From positions 318,705 through 382,704 of the forward strand of contig JAWAEV010000001.1 of NCBI GenBank assembly GCA_038891095.1: a DNA stretch of 64,000 bases, given 5' to 3'. Shown one piece after another: positions 1-11,141 of this stretch (the first letter of the stretch is position 1; each line of letters begins with the position of its first letter). Under the pieces are notes generated by a model, which was not told where the DNA came from, did not search any database, and was given only the letters and a program-made list of their open reading frames with translations. The translations under genes and the position numbers were made by a program. This DNA is from Candidatus Altiarchaeota archaeon (GTDB lineage: Archaea; Altiarchaeota; Altiarchaeia; IMC4; QMZM01).

Positions 1-180
1 AAAAGGGAAGATGCTAAAAAACTCTTAGGTAAAAGAGTTGAATGGATAAGTAAAACAGGTAAAAAAATTTCAGGAAAAATTTTAAGAGTTCATGGTAATA
101 GAGGTGCAGTAATAGTGAAATTTGAAAGAGGACTTCCAGGACAAGCATTAACAACAAGTGTAGAAATTTTTGATAAATAA
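1..180 (+). CDS. rpl35ae: 50S ribosomal protein L35Ae, 3' part (runs off the window start)
   Basis: Frame +1 reads [59 protein letters not shown]; GKI..HG..G.V...F...LP is the L35Ae signature. Not in the ORF track. Confidence 0.9.
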   Translation, partial: KREDAKKLLGKRVEWISKTGKKISGKILRVHGNRGAVIVKFERGLPGQALTTSVEIFDK

Positions 181-181
181 T

Positions 182-315
182 GCCGCTGTAGCGCAGACTG
201 GGAGCGCAATCGGCTGAAGACCGCAAAATTCAAAAAATTTTTAAAGTTGCAGAATAATTCTTTTCCATTGCGGTCTGTTACCGATGTGTCGTGGGTTCAA
301 ATCCCACCGGCGGCA
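182..315 (+). tRNA. tRNA-Phe(GAA) with 60-nt intron at 37/38 (intron 220-279)
   Basis: Acceptor GCCGCTG/CGGCGGC, D-stem GCGC/GCGC, anticodon stem ATCGG/CCGAT with CT-GAA-G, T-arm GTGGG-TTCAAAT-CCCAC; the intron ends pair (CCGCAA/TTGCGG) as a relaxed bulge-helix-bulge. Confidence 0.93.
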
Positions 316-421
316 TTTTTCTAATTTAGAGTTAAAGATTTAGCTATAAGAATGCTGCGTCTCCTTCTGCATTTTTATTTAATTTATAAAACTGAAATGT
401 AATTTTTAACAATTTGGAAAA

Positions 422-1744
422 ATGAAAAAGAAGGTTTTAATTTTAGGAGCTGCTGGAATGGATTACCATGTGTTTAATACTGTTTTTCGTGATAATCCTA
501 ACTATGAAGTTGTTGGATTTACAATGGCTGCAGAGCAAAATCTTGGAACTGTTGGAGAGCTGAGAAATTATCCAAAAGAGTTAGCTGGTAAATTATATCC
601 TAATGGAATACCCACTTATAGAGAGGAGGATATGGAGAAAGTTATAAAAGAAAAAAATGTAGATATGGTTGTGCTTGCTTATTCTGATATTTCTCATAAC
701 TATGTTATGCATTTAGCTTCAAGGGCATTAGCAAGTGGTTCTGACTTTAAGTTAATTGGCACAAAACATGCAATGCTAAAATCAAAAAAGCCCATTGTCG
801 CAGTTTGTGCTGTTCGTACAGGTTGTGGTAAAAGCCAATTTTCACAAAAAATTACTGAAATTTTAAAGAAAGAATTTGGTAAGAAGGTTGTTGCCATTAG
901 AGAGCCAATGCCGTATGGAAATTTAATTGAACAGAAATGTATGAGATTTTCATCTTATGAAGATTTAGATAAGTATAAATGCACAATTGAAGAGAGAGAA
1001 GAATATGAGGCATATATTGAAAAAGGCTTAACAATTTATAGTGGAGTTGACTATGGAGAAATTTTGAAAGAAGCTGAAAAAGAAGCTGAAATTATTGTTT
1101 GGGATGGTGGTAATAATGAAATTTCATTTTATGTTCCAAATTTACAGATTGTAATTGCTGATCCACATCGCGCAGGACATGAGTTGCTTTATCACCCTGG
1201 TGAAGTAAATGCAAGAATTGCAAATGTTGTTATTATAAACAAAGTTAATACTGCTAAAAAAGAGAATGTTAAAATTGTTAAGGAGAATATAAGAAAGATT
1301 AATCCAAGAGCTGAAATTATTGAGGCTTCTTCTGTTGTGAAAGTAGAACAACCTGAGAAGGTAAAAGGTAAAAAAGTTCTGGTTATTGAGGATGGGCCAA
1401 CTTTAACTCATGGAGATATGCCCTATGGAGCAGCAACAGTTGCAGCAAGAGAACTTAACTGCGAGATAGTTGATCCAAGAGAAAATGCAGTTGGCTCAAT
1501 AAAAGAAACTTATAAAAATTTCCCACATCTTGATAAGATATTACCAGCAATGGGGTATAGCAAAGAGCAAATGAAAGAGCTTGAAGATACCATAAATAAA
1601 ACTGAATGTGATTTTGTTCTTGTTGGAACTCCAATAAATTTATCAAAATTACTTAAGATTAATAAACCTGCTGTAAGAGTTAGGTATGGCCCAGATGAAA
1701 AAACAGTAGATAGATTGAGAGAAATTCTTAAAAGAGTCATATAG
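422..1744 (+). CDS. COG2403 P-loop protein (cyclic 2,3-diphosphoglycerate synthetase-like / arginine synthetase ArcE family)
   Basis: VLILGAAG..H.FN..FRDNP.YEVV.F, RTGCGKSQ P-loop, REPMPYG, WDGGNN, EDGPTLTHG.M.YG, PAMGYS motifs. Confidence 0.8.
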   Translation: MKKKVLILGAAGMDYHVFNTVFRDNPNYEVVGFTMAAEQNLGTVGELRNYPKELAGKLYPNGIPTYREEDMEKVIKEKNVDMVVLAYSDISHNYVMHLASRALASGSDFKLIGTKHAMLKSKKPIVAVCAVRTGCGKSQFSQKITEILKKEFGKKVVAIREPMPYGNLIEQKCMRFSSYEDLDKYKCTIEEREEYEAYIEKGLTIYSGVDYGEILKEAEKEAEIIVWDGGNNEISFYVPNLQIVIADPHRAGHELLYHPGEVNARIANVVIINKVNTAKKENVKIVKENIRKINPRAEIIEASSVVKVEQPEKVKGKKVLVIEDGPTLTHGDMPYGAATVAARELNCEIVDPRENAVGSIKETYKNFPHLDKILPAMGYSKEQMKELEDTINKTECDFVLVGTPINLSKLLKINKPAVRVRYGPDEKTVDRLREILKRVI

Positions 1745-1842
1745 CTGTAATTTATATACATCCAAACCCATTAATATTATACACTGAAGTTAATGCTGAA
1801 AATATAACTAAAAATTCTTTATTTTAAATGAGGTGACTCCTT

Positions 1843-2388
1843 ATGCTCAAGAAAAAAAGCAAGAAAGAGGATCTAATGCACTTATCAAAAGTTGATGAAA
1901 AATCTAAAGAGAAAACTGATGAAAAAAATTTGGAGGAAAAGTTAAAGGAGTGTGAAGATCAGCTACTTAGACTAAGGGCAGAATTTGAAAATTATAAAAA
2001 ACAGCTTGATACACAATACATGGAAAATGTAAAAAATGCAAATGCTTCCCTAATAAAAGAAATTTTGCCAGTTATTGATGAATTTGAAATTGCAATTGAA
2101 AATATAAGGAAAAAGGATGAAAAAACCGCAGAGGGTATTGAATTGATCTACAAAAAAATGATGAAAATTCTCGAGCAAAATGGTTTAAAAGCAATTGACT
2201 CTGTTGGAAAAAAATTTGATCCTTACTACCATGAGGTATTAATGAATGAAAATTCAGAAAAGGAAGATGGCATAATTCTTGAGGAATTCCAGAAAGGTTA
2301 TCTATTTAATGGAAAAGTTATAAGACATTCTAAGGTTAAAATTTCTTGTCATATAGAGGATCAAAAAGGAGGTAATAAAAATGGCTGA
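1843..2388 (+). CDS. grpE: nucleotide exchange factor GrpE
   Basis: [24 protein letters not shown] motifs; GAGGTGA RBS; first gene of grpE-dnaK-dnaJ. Confidence 0.97.
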   Translation: MLKKKSKKEDLMHLSKVDEKSKEKTDEKNLEEKLKECEDQLLRLRAEFENYKKQLDTQYMENVKNANASLIKEILPVIDEFEIAIENIRKKDEKTAEGIELIYKKMMKILEQNGLKAIDSVGKKFDPYYHEVLMNENSEKEDGIILEEFQKGYLFNGKVIRHSKVKISCHIEDQKGGNKNG

Positions 2389-4246
2389 AAAAATTAAAAA
2401 AGAAAAGATTATTGGTATCGATTTAGGGACATCGAACTCTCAAGCAGCAGTTATTTTAGGTGGAAAACCAACGATAATACCATCAGCTGAAGGAGCAACT
2501 TATGCTGGGAAAATGTTTCCTTCTGTTGTTGCATTTACAAAAGATGGTCAAATTTTAGTTGGTGAACCAGCGAGAAGACAAGCAGTTAGTAATCCTGAAG
2601 GCACTGTAACTGAAGCAAAAAGAAAGATGGGTCAGGATTACAAATACAAAATTTTTGGTAAAGAGTATACACCACAACAAATTTCTGCATTTATTCTACA
2701 AAAGATAAAAACTGATGCTGAGACATTTCTTGGAGAAAAAATTAGAAAAGCAGTAATAACAGTTCCTGCATATTTCAATGACAACCAAAGGCAAGCAACA
2801 AAAGATGCTGGAGCAATAGCTGGCTTGGAGGTTGTTCGTATCATCAACGAGCCTACTGCTGCATCTCTTGCATATGGAATTGATAAAGCTGAAGAAGAAC
2901 ATAAAATTCTTGTTTTTGATTTAGGTGGTGGTACACTTGATGTAACAATTCTTGAGTTTGGGAATGGTGTTTTTGAAGTGAAAGCAACTTCTGGGGATAC
3001 ACAATTAGGTGGCACAGATATGGATAGAGTACTCATGAAATGGCTAACAAGTGAATTTGAAAAAGAAACAGGAATTGATCTGAGTAAGGATAAAGTTGCA
3101 ATTCAGCGTGTTAAAGAAGCTGTTGAAAAAGCAAAAATAGAGTTATCAACTGTTATGGAAACTGAGATAAATTTACCATATATAACTGCTGATGCTTCTG
3201 GGCCAAAACACTTAATTAAGAAACTAACAAGAGCAAAATTAGAGGAGCTGGTAATGCCAATTATCGAACGCTGCAAAAAACCAATGGAACAAGCATTGAA
3301 AGATGCAAAATTAAGTAAGGAGGAAATAACTAAGGTAATTCTTGTAGGAGGTCCAACAAGAATGCCAATAGTTCAAAAATTTGTTGAGGATTTTATTGGC
3401 AAGAAAGTTGAAAGAGGGGTTGATCCAATGGAATGTGTTGCTATTGGAGCTGCAATTCAGGGTGGTGTTCTTGCAGGTGAAGTTAAAGATATAGTTCTTT
3501 TAGATGTCACACCTTTAACATTAGGTGTTGAAACCCTAGGTGGAATTGCAACTCCTTTAATTCCAAGGAATACGACCATACCAACAAGAAAATCCCAAAT
3601 TTTTACAACTGCTGAAGATTTTCAAACAGCAGTTACAATCCATGTCGTTCAAGGTGAAAGACCTCTAGCTAAGGATAATACATCCTTAGGACAATTTAAT
3701 TTAGTTGGGATTCCACCAGCTCCAAGAGGTGTTCCACAAATAGAAGTAACATTTGATATTGATGCGAATGGAATTTTGAATGTAACTGCAAAGGATTTAG
3801 GAACTGGAAAAGAGCAAAAGATAACTATAACAGCATCGACAAAACTTTCAAAAGATGAAATAGAAAGGATGATAAAAGAGGCAGAAAAATATGCTGAAGA
3901 GGACAGGAAGAGAAAGGAGATAATTGAAACTAAAAATAATGCAGAGTCATTAATTTATGCAACAGAGAAGACACTATCAGAATTTTCAGATAAAATTTCT
4001 AAAGAACAAAAAGAAAGCATAAATGAGAGGATTAAAGAGCTGAAGGATGCTATCTCTAAGGACAATATAGGTGAGATAAAGAAGAAAATGGATGAATTAA
4101 GTAAAGAGGTGCAAAGAGTTGGAGCAAGTATATATCAACAAGTACAACAAACAAAAGAATCACAAAAACAAGAAGTAGATGATGGAAAAGAAAAAGAAAA
4201 AAATGTTGTTGATGCAGAATATGAAGTTGAAGATGAAAAAAAGTAA
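2381..4246 (+). CDS. dnaK: chaperone DnaK (Hsp70)
   Basis: [38 protein letters not shown]. Confidence 0.99.
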   Translation: MAEKIKKEKIIGIDLGTSNSQAAVILGGKPTIIPSAEGATYAGKMFPSVVAFTKDGQILVGEPARRQAVSNPEGTVTEAKRKMGQDYKYKIFGKEYTPQQISAFILQKIKTDAETFLGEKIRKAVITVPAYFNDNQRQATKDAGAIAGLEVVRIINEPTAASLAYGIDKAEEEHKILVFDLGGGTLDVTILEFGNGVFEVKATSGDTQLGGTDMDRVLMKWLTSEFEKETGIDLSKDKVAIQRVKEAVEKAKIELSTVMETEINLPYITADASGPKHLIKKLTRAKLEELVMPIIERCKKPMEQALKDAKLSKEEITKVILVGGPTRMPIVQKFVEDFIGKKVERGVDPMECVAIGAAIQGGVLAGEVKDIVLLDVTPLTLGVETLGGIATPLIPRNTTIPTRKSQIFTTAEDFQTAVTIHVVQGERPLAKDNTSLGQFNLVGIPPAPRGVPQIEVTFDIDANGILNVTAKDLGTGKEQKITITASTKLSKDEIERMIKEAEKYAEEDRKRKEIIETKNNAESLIYATEKTLSEFSDKISKEQKESINERIKELKDAISKDNIGEIKKKMDELSKEVQRVGASIYQQVQQTKESQKQEVDDGKEKEKNVVDAEYEVEDEKK

Positions 4247-4257
4247 AAATTTGAAGA

Positions 4258-5385
4258 ATGGTAAAAAGGGATTACTATGAAATTCTTGGAGTTAGGAGAA
4301 ATGCAACCACTGATGAAATAAAAAAAGCTTATAGAGAACTTGCAAAGAAGTATCATCCTGATGTTAACAAAAATCCTGATGCTGAGGAAAAATTTAAAGA
4401 AATTTCTGAAGCTTATGAGGTTCTTTCTGATGAAAATAAAAGAAGGCAATATGATATTTATGGTCATTCTGTTACAGAAGATTTCTTTGGCAAGGGTGGA
4501 TTTTCATGGGAAAATTTCACACATTTTTCTGATATTGAAGATATCTTTGGTGAGGATATTTTTGATATGTTCTTTGGAGGTTTTGGAAGTAGATTTAAGA
4601 GAGATAGCAAAAGAAAAGGTAGAGATTTAAGATATGACTTAGAGATAAGTCTTGAAGATGCCGCCTCTGGAGTAAAAACTGAGATAAATGTTCCAAGAAC
4701 TGAAATTTGTAAAGCATGTAATGGCACAGGTGCAAGTTCTTTAGAAAAGATAAAAACATGTCCAAAATGTAATGGAACTGGCCAAGAAAAACATGAAAGA
4801 AGAACGCCATTTGGATTTTTTTCATCAATAACTCTATGTAATAGATGTGGTGGTGAAGGTAAAATAATTGAAGAAGCTTGTAAAATTTGTGATGGCTCAG
4901 GAAGAGTGCAAAAAACAAGAAAAATAATGGTAAAAATTCCTGCAGGTGTTGATTCTGGCTCAAGATTGAGAATTCCAAATGAAGGCGAGCCCGGTTATAA
5001 AGGCGGACCAAATGGTGATTTATACATTGTAATTCATGTAATGCCACATGAATTTTTCAAAAGGGATAATGATAACTTAATATGTGAAGTGCCTTTGACA
5101 TTCTCGCAAGCAGCACTTGGGGATGAAATAGAGGTACCAACACTAAAGAAAAAAATTAAGGTTAAAATTCCATCAGGCACACAAACAGGGACAATTTTTA
5201 GGTTAAGAGGCGAAGGAATGCCAAATATTGAAACTAAAGAAAAAGGAGATTTACTTGTCAAGGTAAGGGTTGAAACACCAAGAAAACTTAGCAAAGAAGA
5301 GAGAGAAATCTTCGAAAGACTAAGAGAAATTGAGAAAAAAAGTAGAAAAGATTTTTTCAGTAAATTTAAAGAGAAATTTTTTTAA
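4258..5385 (+). CDS. dnaJ: chaperone DnaJ
   Basis: J domain with HPD, G/F region, four CxxCxGxG zinc-finger repeats. Confidence 0.99.
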   Translation: MVKRDYYEILGVRRNATTDEIKKAYRELAKKYHPDVNKNPDAEEKFKEISEAYEVLSDENKRRQYDIYGHSVTEDFFGKGGFSWENFTHFSDIEDIFGEDIFDMFFGGFGSRFKRDSKRKGRDLRYDLEISLEDAASGVKTEINVPRTEICKACNGTGASSLEKIKTCPKCNGTGQEKHERRTPFGFFSSITLCNRCGGEGKIIEEACKICDGSGRVQKTRKIMVKIPAGVDSGSRLRIPNEGEPGYKGGPNGDLYIVIHVMPHEFFKRDNDNLICEVPLTFSQAALGDEIEVPTLKKKIKVKIPSGTQTGTIFRLRGEGMPNIETKEKGDLLVKVRVETPRKLSKEEREIFERLREIEKKSRKDFFSKFKEKFF

Positions 5386-5414
5386 CTTTTAACTTTAAAA
5401 TTTAATTTTTTTAT

Positions 5415-5579
5415 ATGCTAAAACATCCAAGTATAAGGGGGGAGATAGAAAAAGACAACACTGACAGAATTATTCTGATTACTGCAGCGATTTTGATATT
5501 TTTTGTTTTCTTAATATGGTTTTTCTTTGGCTACAAATATGTTTGGATTCCATCAGAGCAAAGCTTCAGTTCAATTTAG
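5415..5579 (+). CDS. putative 54-aa single-pass membrane protein
   Basis: MLKHPSIRGEIEKDNTDRIILITAAILIFFVFLIWFFFGYKYVWIPSEQSFSSI*; fills the gap after dnaJ and has one clear hydrophobic helix. Confidence 0.5.
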   Translation: MLKHPSIRGEIEKDNTDRIILITAAILIFFVFLIWFFFGYKYVWIPSEQSFSSI

Positions 5580-5882
5580 TTTTTTTAGTAAATTCGAGAC
5601 AAATGAAATTCCCTCATTAAGGATAGCCTCTCCTTTTTTTGTTATTACATAGTATCGACGAGGCCTTCCACTCTTGTCATTTAGCTTTGATGTTACATAT
5701 CCGGAGCTTTGTAATCTGTATAGAACAACATAAGAAGAAATTTTTCCAATTTTAAAGCCAAATTTTCTCTCTATTTCATTTGGAATTTCATATGCGTACA
5801 TTGGCTTCTTTTTCAGTAAAGCCAGTATATAAAGCCACAGTGTTTCTTTTGTAATTTTCCTTCTCAATCTGTTTAACGGCAT
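5571..5882 (-). CDS. PadR-family transcriptional regulator
   Basis: ILALL.KKPMYAYEI, Y.VLYRL...GYV, RRYY.IT.KG winged-helix pattern. Confidence 0.9.
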   Translation of the reverse strand: MPLNRLRRKITKETLWLYILALLKKKPMYAYEIPNEIERKFGFKIGKISSYVVLYRLQSSGYVTSKLNDKSGRPRRYYVITKKGEAILNEGISFVSNLLKKLN

Positions 5883-5949
5883 TTTATTTATTAATTTGTT
5901 TTATGAATATATAATATTTTATATCTGTGAAATATATAATTAGAATAAA

Positions 5950-7038
5950 ATGGTAAAAGAAATAAGAGTTGCGATTATAGGAGTTGGTAATTGTGCATCA
6001 TCTCTTGTTCAAGGTGTTTGCTATTATAAAAACATTGATGGTAATTCTCCACCAGTTTCTGGTCTTATGCATAATGTTCTTGGAGGTTATAAAATTTCTG
6101 ATATAAAATTTGTTGCTGCATTTGATGTCGATAAGAAAAAAGTTGGTAAAGATCTAAGTGAAGCTATCTTCTCTAAACCAAATTGCACAAAAAAATTTTC
6201 AGATGTTCCAAAGCTAAATGTCATTGTTAATAAAGGACCAGTGCTTGATGGAATTTCAGAAACAACAAGAAAAATTTTTGAAATTGATGAAAAACAAAAG
6301 CCAGTTGATGTTGCTGATGTTCTTAAAAAAAGCAAGGCAGAAATTGCAATAAATTATCTTCCTGTTGGTTCAGAAGAAGCAACTCGCTACTATGCAAATG
6401 AATGTTTGAAAGCAAATGTTGCATTTATAAATGCTATGCCTGTTTTTATAGCATCTTCAAATGAATGGGTAAAAAAATTTCAAGATAGAAAGTTACCATT
6501 AATTGGCGATGACATTAAATCACAAGTAGGAGCAACAATTTTGCACAGAAGTTTAGTAAAATTATTCTCTGATAGGGGTGTAAAAATTGAAAATACTTAT
6601 CAACTAAATTTTGGCGGAAATACTGACTTTTTAAATATGTTAGAAAGACAAAGATTAAAATCAAAAAAAATTTCAAAAACTGAAGCAGTGCAATCTCAAC
6701 TCCCAAAAAGAATTTCAGAAGAAAATATTCATATAGGCCCAAGTGATTATGTTCCTTGGTTAAAAGACAAAAAAATTGCTTTTATAAGAATTGAAGGTAA
6801 AAAATTTGGGGATATACCGATAACTCTTGAATGTAGGCTCGAGGTTGAAGATTCACCTAACTCTGCTGGGGTTATGGTAGATGCAATAAGATGTGCAAAA
6901 TTAGCACTAGATAGAGGAGTGGGCGGTGTGTTAATATCTGCATCGGCATATTTCATGAAACATCCACCACAACAATTCTCTGATTCAGTTGCAAGAGAGA
7001 TGTTAGAAGAATTTATAAATGGCGAAAGAGAAAGATAA
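5950..7038 (+). CDS. ino1: myo-inositol-1-phosphate synthase
   Basis: [45 protein letters not shown]. Confidence 0.97.
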   Translation: MVKEIRVAIIGVGNCASSLVQGVCYYKNIDGNSPPVSGLMHNVLGGYKISDIKFVAAFDVDKKKVGKDLSEAIFSKPNCTKKFSDVPKLNVIVNKGPVLDGISETTRKIFEIDEKQKPVDVADVLKKSKAEIAINYLPVGSEEATRYYANECLKANVAFINAMPVFIASSNEWVKKFQDRKLPLIGDDIKSQVGATILHRSLVKLFSDRGVKIENTYQLNFGGNTDFLNMLERQRLKSKKISKTEAVQSQLPKRISEENIHIGPSDYVPWLKDKKIAFIRIEGKKFGDIPITLECRLEVEDSPNSAGVMVDAIRCAKLALDRGVGGVLISASAYFMKHPPQQFSDSVAREMLEEFINGERER

Positions 7039-7052
7039 ATAGAAAAGCAAAA

Positions 7053-7640
7053 ATGCTGAAATCAAAAACAGATATTGAAAAATTGACTGTAAAATTAGGT
7101 ATAGTATTTTCTCAATTTAGATTATCACCAAATACATGGACTCTCTTGTCTTTAATTTTTGCTTTTTTTGGATTTCTTAGCTTAACTGTTTGTCATGATA
7201 TTATAAAAGGATTAACTTTCTTTGCACTTTCTGGATTTTTAGATATGGTAGATGGCGCAGTTGCAAGAGTTACTGGAAGAGCAACAAATTTTGGAGCTTT
7301 TTTAGATGGTATAACGGATAGATATGTAGAATTTTTTCTTTATTTTGGACTTTTGATTTTTGGGGTTAATGGCTTATATATAGCACTTTTGATTTTCGGT
7401 GCAATAATGCCAAGTTTTGTGACAGCATACTCATGTTATAGAAATGTCATAACAGAAAAAGATGAGCACAAAAAAATGGCTGGTTTAATCGAAAGAGCAG
7501 AAAGGCTTATGTTGATTTATTTTTCTATGCTGCTTGGAATTTTCGATTTAATTTTTTTAGATTATGGAACTTTAATTACTGCTATACTAAGCAATATTAC
7601 TGCACTTCAAAGAATTTTATTTGTTTTTAGGCATAGGTAG
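7053..7640 (+). CDS. CDP-alcohol phosphatidyltransferase (probable archaetidylinositol phosphate synthase)
   Basis: D..DG..AR......FGAFLD...DR signature; directly downstream of ino1. Confidence 0.9.
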   Translation: MLKSKTDIEKLTVKLGIVFSQFRLSPNTWTLLSLIFAFFGFLSLTVCHDIIKGLTFFALSGFLDMVDGAVARVTGRATNFGAFLDGITDRYVEFFLYFGLLIFGVNGLYIALLIFGAIMPSFVTAYSCYRNVITEKDEHKKMAGLIERAERLMLIYFSMLLGIFDLIFLDYGTLITAILSNITALQRILFVFRHR

Positions 7641-7676
7641 AGATATATTTAAAGAAAATTACAATAGTTCTATGAT

Positions 7677-8048
7677 ATGATAACTCCTGAAAGACTTACT
7701 AAGGAAAGATTAGTAAGAGAACTAATAAAGAAACACAAAAATTTTTTAGAAGAATATAGGAAAAGATTTGAGTTTTTGGAGAGGATGAGAATTTTGAAAG
7801 ATAAGCAAGAACAGATAGAGCATTGGCTGAGCAAAAGTAAAAATTCTGAAGAAGAGGAAAAATATATAAAAGAACTTCAGGATGTTGATAAGGAATTAGA
7901 AATTTTAAGAAAAGAATTAAATTTAGAAGATAAAACAAATGAAAAAATAAGTGAGCACTCGATACTAAAAAACAAGATTGTTAATGAAGAGAATGCAATT
8001 GCTTACTGGGAAGAAAAATTAAAAAGTTTTAGCAAAGAGAATGGATGA
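7677..8048 (+). CDS. hypothetical coiled-coil protein
   Basis: 123-aa E/K-rich helical ORF overlapping the next start. Confidence 0.7.
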   Translation: MITPERLTKERLVRELIKKHKNFLEEYRKRFEFLERMRILKDKQEQIEHWLSKSKNSEEEEKYIKELQDVDKELEILRKELNLEDKTNEKISEHSILKNKIVNEENAIAYWEEKLKSFSKENG

Positions 8049-8949
8049 AGCTAAATTAAAAAAAGATATAAAAGCTCTAAGAGATGAGATAGCAAAGGAA
8101 AACAAACAGATAAAAAATATTTACTATGAGATGCGAGTTTATAATAAGAAGGCTAATGAATTCAGAGAAGCAAGGGATAACGCAAATAAAAAAAGTAAAG
8201 AATTAAGAGAAAAAGTAAAGAGTATAATTGACGAGCGAAAGGAAATAGAAAAAAAAATTAAAGAGTTAAAAGAGAGTAAAAATAAGCTGATAGAGAAAGT
8301 GAAATTCTTAAGCAAGGAGCTAAGCGATAAAAAAGATGTGCGAAATTCTCTAAATAAATTCGCTAAAGGAAATTTTATACTGCTTATGGATGCGTATGTT
8401 GAGAGATATGAAAAAATTCTGAAAAAAAATATGCCGCTTGAAGATGAGATAAAACTCTTTGAAAAAATTTTTGATATTAGGGAGAGACTCATAAAGGCAA
8501 AAGAGGCTGATTCTTTACATAAGGAGATTCTTGAAGAATACAAAAAGGCAAAGTCTATTGATGAGGAAATTTCTGTTATAAATGAAAAGATTAGAGACTA
8601 TGTAAATGAGTCAAAGAAGAAACATGAAGAAGCAAAAAATATATTTTCAGAAATTGATAAATTGCGAGAGATTGGCGATGAAAATCACAAAAAGTTAATT
8701 GCAGTATATGAAGAAATGAAACCATTTAAAGAGAAAATAAGAAGTATAAAAGAGAGAATAAGGAAAATTCAATCTGAGTTAGAACCATTAAATGAGCAAT
8801 TAAGAGAACTTCATAAGAGCAAACAAGAAGCTGAAAAAGAAGAAACTCTTATGGAAGCAAAAAAGAAAATAAAGGAAAGTAGGAGATTAGATATAAGAGA
8901 ATTTAGACTTCTTCTTGAAAGAGGGGAAATAAATCTTGGAGAATCATGA
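8041..8949 (+). CDS. archaeal coiled-coil protein (COG1340-like)
   Basis: 302 aa of heptads with R..RD..N, AD..H.E and terminal K....LD..E...L patterns. Confidence 0.7.
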   Translation: MDEAKLKKDIKALRDEIAKENKQIKNIYYEMRVYNKKANEFREARDNANKKSKELREKVKSIIDERKEIEKKIKELKESKNKLIEKVKFLSKELSDKKDVRNSLNKFAKGNFILLMDAYVERYEKILKKNMPLEDEIKLFEKIFDIRERLIKAKEADSLHKEILEEYKKAKSIDEEISVINEKIRDYVNESKKKHEEAKNIFSEIDKLREIGDENHKKLIAVYEEMKPFKEKIRSIKERIRKIQSELEPLNEQLRELHKSKQEAEKEETLMEAKKKIKESRRLDIREFRLLLERGEINLGES

Positions 8950-10080
8950 CATAAGAAATTGTATTTCTTCCTCAGTTAAATTGAAATGCTCCATTAGTTC
9001 CTCTTTTTTAATTTTATTTTTTTCTATAAGAATTTTATAAAGTGGTAAAAATTTCTCTATTATTGCTTTTTCAGAATCATGAATTTCTTTTGAAAGCTTT
9101 TCTGCAATGCTCTTTTTTAAATTTCTCTCACTTTTTGTTTGTGCCATATGAATTATATAAAAGGGAAATCTATATCTCGCAAAGTGTATTTTATCACCCC
9201 TTGAAACATTAACACCAGCACTCATTAGAGTATTTGCATAGCCCAAAAATCCCCAATGCTGCCTCTCTTGAATTCTTCCAATGAAGATATCTGCCTTTGA
9301 GATATAGTTATAAACTTTTGCTAAATTTTCTTTTTCAAATACAAAGGATGGCACATTTTCATCAATCCACAGTAAGATATCTCTTGGCTGCTGATCAACA
9401 TCATAAACTGACCTAATGGCTTCTTTTATATCTTTTCTTATCAGAATTTTACTTAGTAGAGAGTATATATCGGTGATTTTATCTCTTTGTACTAATAAAG
9501 ACAAATCTTTATCAGAAATTCTATTTTTTCCTTTCGTTATCATTTCCAAATCAATAACTGCTGCCCTTATATCGCCCTGAGAATTTTCTGCTATTTTGCT
9601 CAATAAATTTTTCTCTACATATATGCCCTCACTTTTACAAATTTTTTCAAGTAATGCAGTAATTGAACTTGACATTGGTTTTCTCATTTGGACTTTTTCA
9701 CAAATTTTTTTTATTGTTGATAATCTCTTTGATCCAATGTCAGATGTTATCACAACCGTTGGAGCATTTGTTTCTTTGAGAAAATTAGTAACTTTGCTTA
9801 TATCATCTATATTCTCAACATCATCAAAAACTATAAGTCTTTTCTTCCCGAACAAATTCTGAGTTTCTGAAACATTTAGCAAATTTGGTAAATCTTCATT
9901 TTTTACAAAAAATGGTTCGAATTTTTCTGAGAGCAGTTGCACAAGGGTTGTTTTTCCACAACCATGCGGGCCATAAAGAAGAATTGGCTTCTTCCAGTGA
10001 TAACTCTGTAATTTTTTCACAACAGATGAATTTCCAATAAATTCATTAAAGTTTTTTGGTCTATATTTCTCTATCCACAT
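8944..10080 (-). CDS. rfcL: replication factor C large subunit
   Basis: MWIEKYRPK, GPHGCGKT, GDIRAAV.DL, WIDEN, KADIF.GR. Confidence 0.93.
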   Translation of the reverse strand: MWIEKYRPKNFNEFIGNSSVVKKLQSYHWKKPILLYGPHGCGKTTLVQLLSEKFEPFFVKNEDLPNLLNVSETQNLFGKKRLIVFDDVENIDDISKVTNFLKETNAPTVVITSDIGSKRLSTIKKICEKVQMRKPMSSSITALLEKICKSEGIYVEKNLLSKIAENSQGDIRAAVIDLEMITKGKNRISDKDLSLLVQRDKITDIYSLLSKILIRKDIKEAIRSVYDVDQQPRDILLWIDENVPSFVFEKENLAKVYNYISKADIFIGRIQERQHWGFLGYANTLMSAGVNVSRGDKIHFARYRFPFYIIHMAQTKSERNLKKSIAEKLSKEIHDSEKAIIEKFLPLYKILIEKNKIKKEELMEHFNLTEEEIQFLMS

Positions 10081-10173
10081 TCTTAAAAAACGAAACTATT
10101 TTATATATTAAAAACATATGTTTTAAAGGAGAATTAATCAAAATTTAGCATAAAATCTAAGAGGTGATAAGAA

Positions 10174-11082
10174 ATGTTTACGCCTGAATTTTTATTGCGA
10201 AATTTTGTATATGAGTTGAGAATTTTTACATGGAATGTATTTCAGTTATTTGTTGCTGTTGTTGTTGGCTTGATTCTTGGCTGGCTTGTCTCAAAGGTTG
10301 TTAATAGGTTATTAAAACTGGCAGAACTCCAAAGAACATTACTTAGATATGGAGCAATAACAACCATCTTCTGGGATTCTGCTGTTGGCTTTCTATCGCA
10401 TTATTTTATGTGGCTAACACTCATACTAATTATATATGCTGTATTTCCAGGAAATTTATTAATAAAAGCACTTGCTGAATTCTTTGTGAAATTATTTGGC
10501 TTTATCATATTTACATTAGTTGGAATACTACTTAGTGGTGTTCTCTACAAGATATCAAAGCATACATTAATTGCAATTGGTTTGGAAGAGGAACTAGAAA
10601 AACATAAAATTGCTGATAAACTTGGGGGAGTCTCATTGATAAACATACTTGCAGGGATTCTCAAGTGGTTTGTAATTATAGTTTTTGTAAAGCAAGGGGT
10701 AGAACTTCTTGGATTGGGAGCACTTACTGATGTAACGCATCAGCTCTATAATTACATTCCACAGGCAATTTTGGGAATTTTAATTTTGTTAGCAACTCTA
10801 ATTCTCGCTGATTTAGCATCTTCAAACATAAGGAAAAGAGCATATGGTTTTGCAGATGCTCTTGGTATGGCTACTGAAGTTGTGATAATTTTCTTTGGAA
10901 TCATAATCGCTCTCCCAAGATTGTTAGGTGTGTCAGATCCACAAGGTCAGATATTTCTACAATCAATATCAGTAATGACAGATTCTTTTAAACTTTTAAT
11001 GTTAGGAGTTTCAGCAGGAATAGCACTTGCGATTGGTTTGGGTTTAAAGGATTATGTGGCAAAGATGAGCAAGAAGTTGTAA
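10174..11082 (+). CDS. multi-pass membrane protein with MscS-associated TM-helix repeats
   Basis: Repeated hydrophobic units (YIPQAILGILIL; ALAIGLG.KD); GAGGTGA RBS. Confidence 0.7.
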   Translation: MFTPEFLLRNFVYELRIFTWNVFQLFVAVVVGLILGWLVSKVVNRLLKLAELQRTLLRYGAITTIFWDSAVGFLSHYFMWLTLILIIYAVFPGNLLIKALAEFFVKLFGFIIFTLVGILLSGVLYKISKHTLIAIGLEEELEKHKIADKLGGVSLINILAGILKWFVIIVFVKQGVELLGLGALTDVTHQLYNYIPQAILGILILLATLILADLASSNIRKRAYGFADALGMATEVVIIFFGIIIALPRLLGVSDPQGQIFLQSISVMTDSFKLLMLGVSAGIALAIGLGLKDYVAKMSKKL

Positions 11083-11141
11083 GGAAACAGTTCTCTACTT
11101 TTTTATTTTTTAATGAACTTAATGCGTATATTTCTTTTAGA

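Noticed and set aside
14-226. 70-aa minus-strand ORF from the track
   Set aside because: Antisense shadow of rpl35ae and tRNA-Phe.
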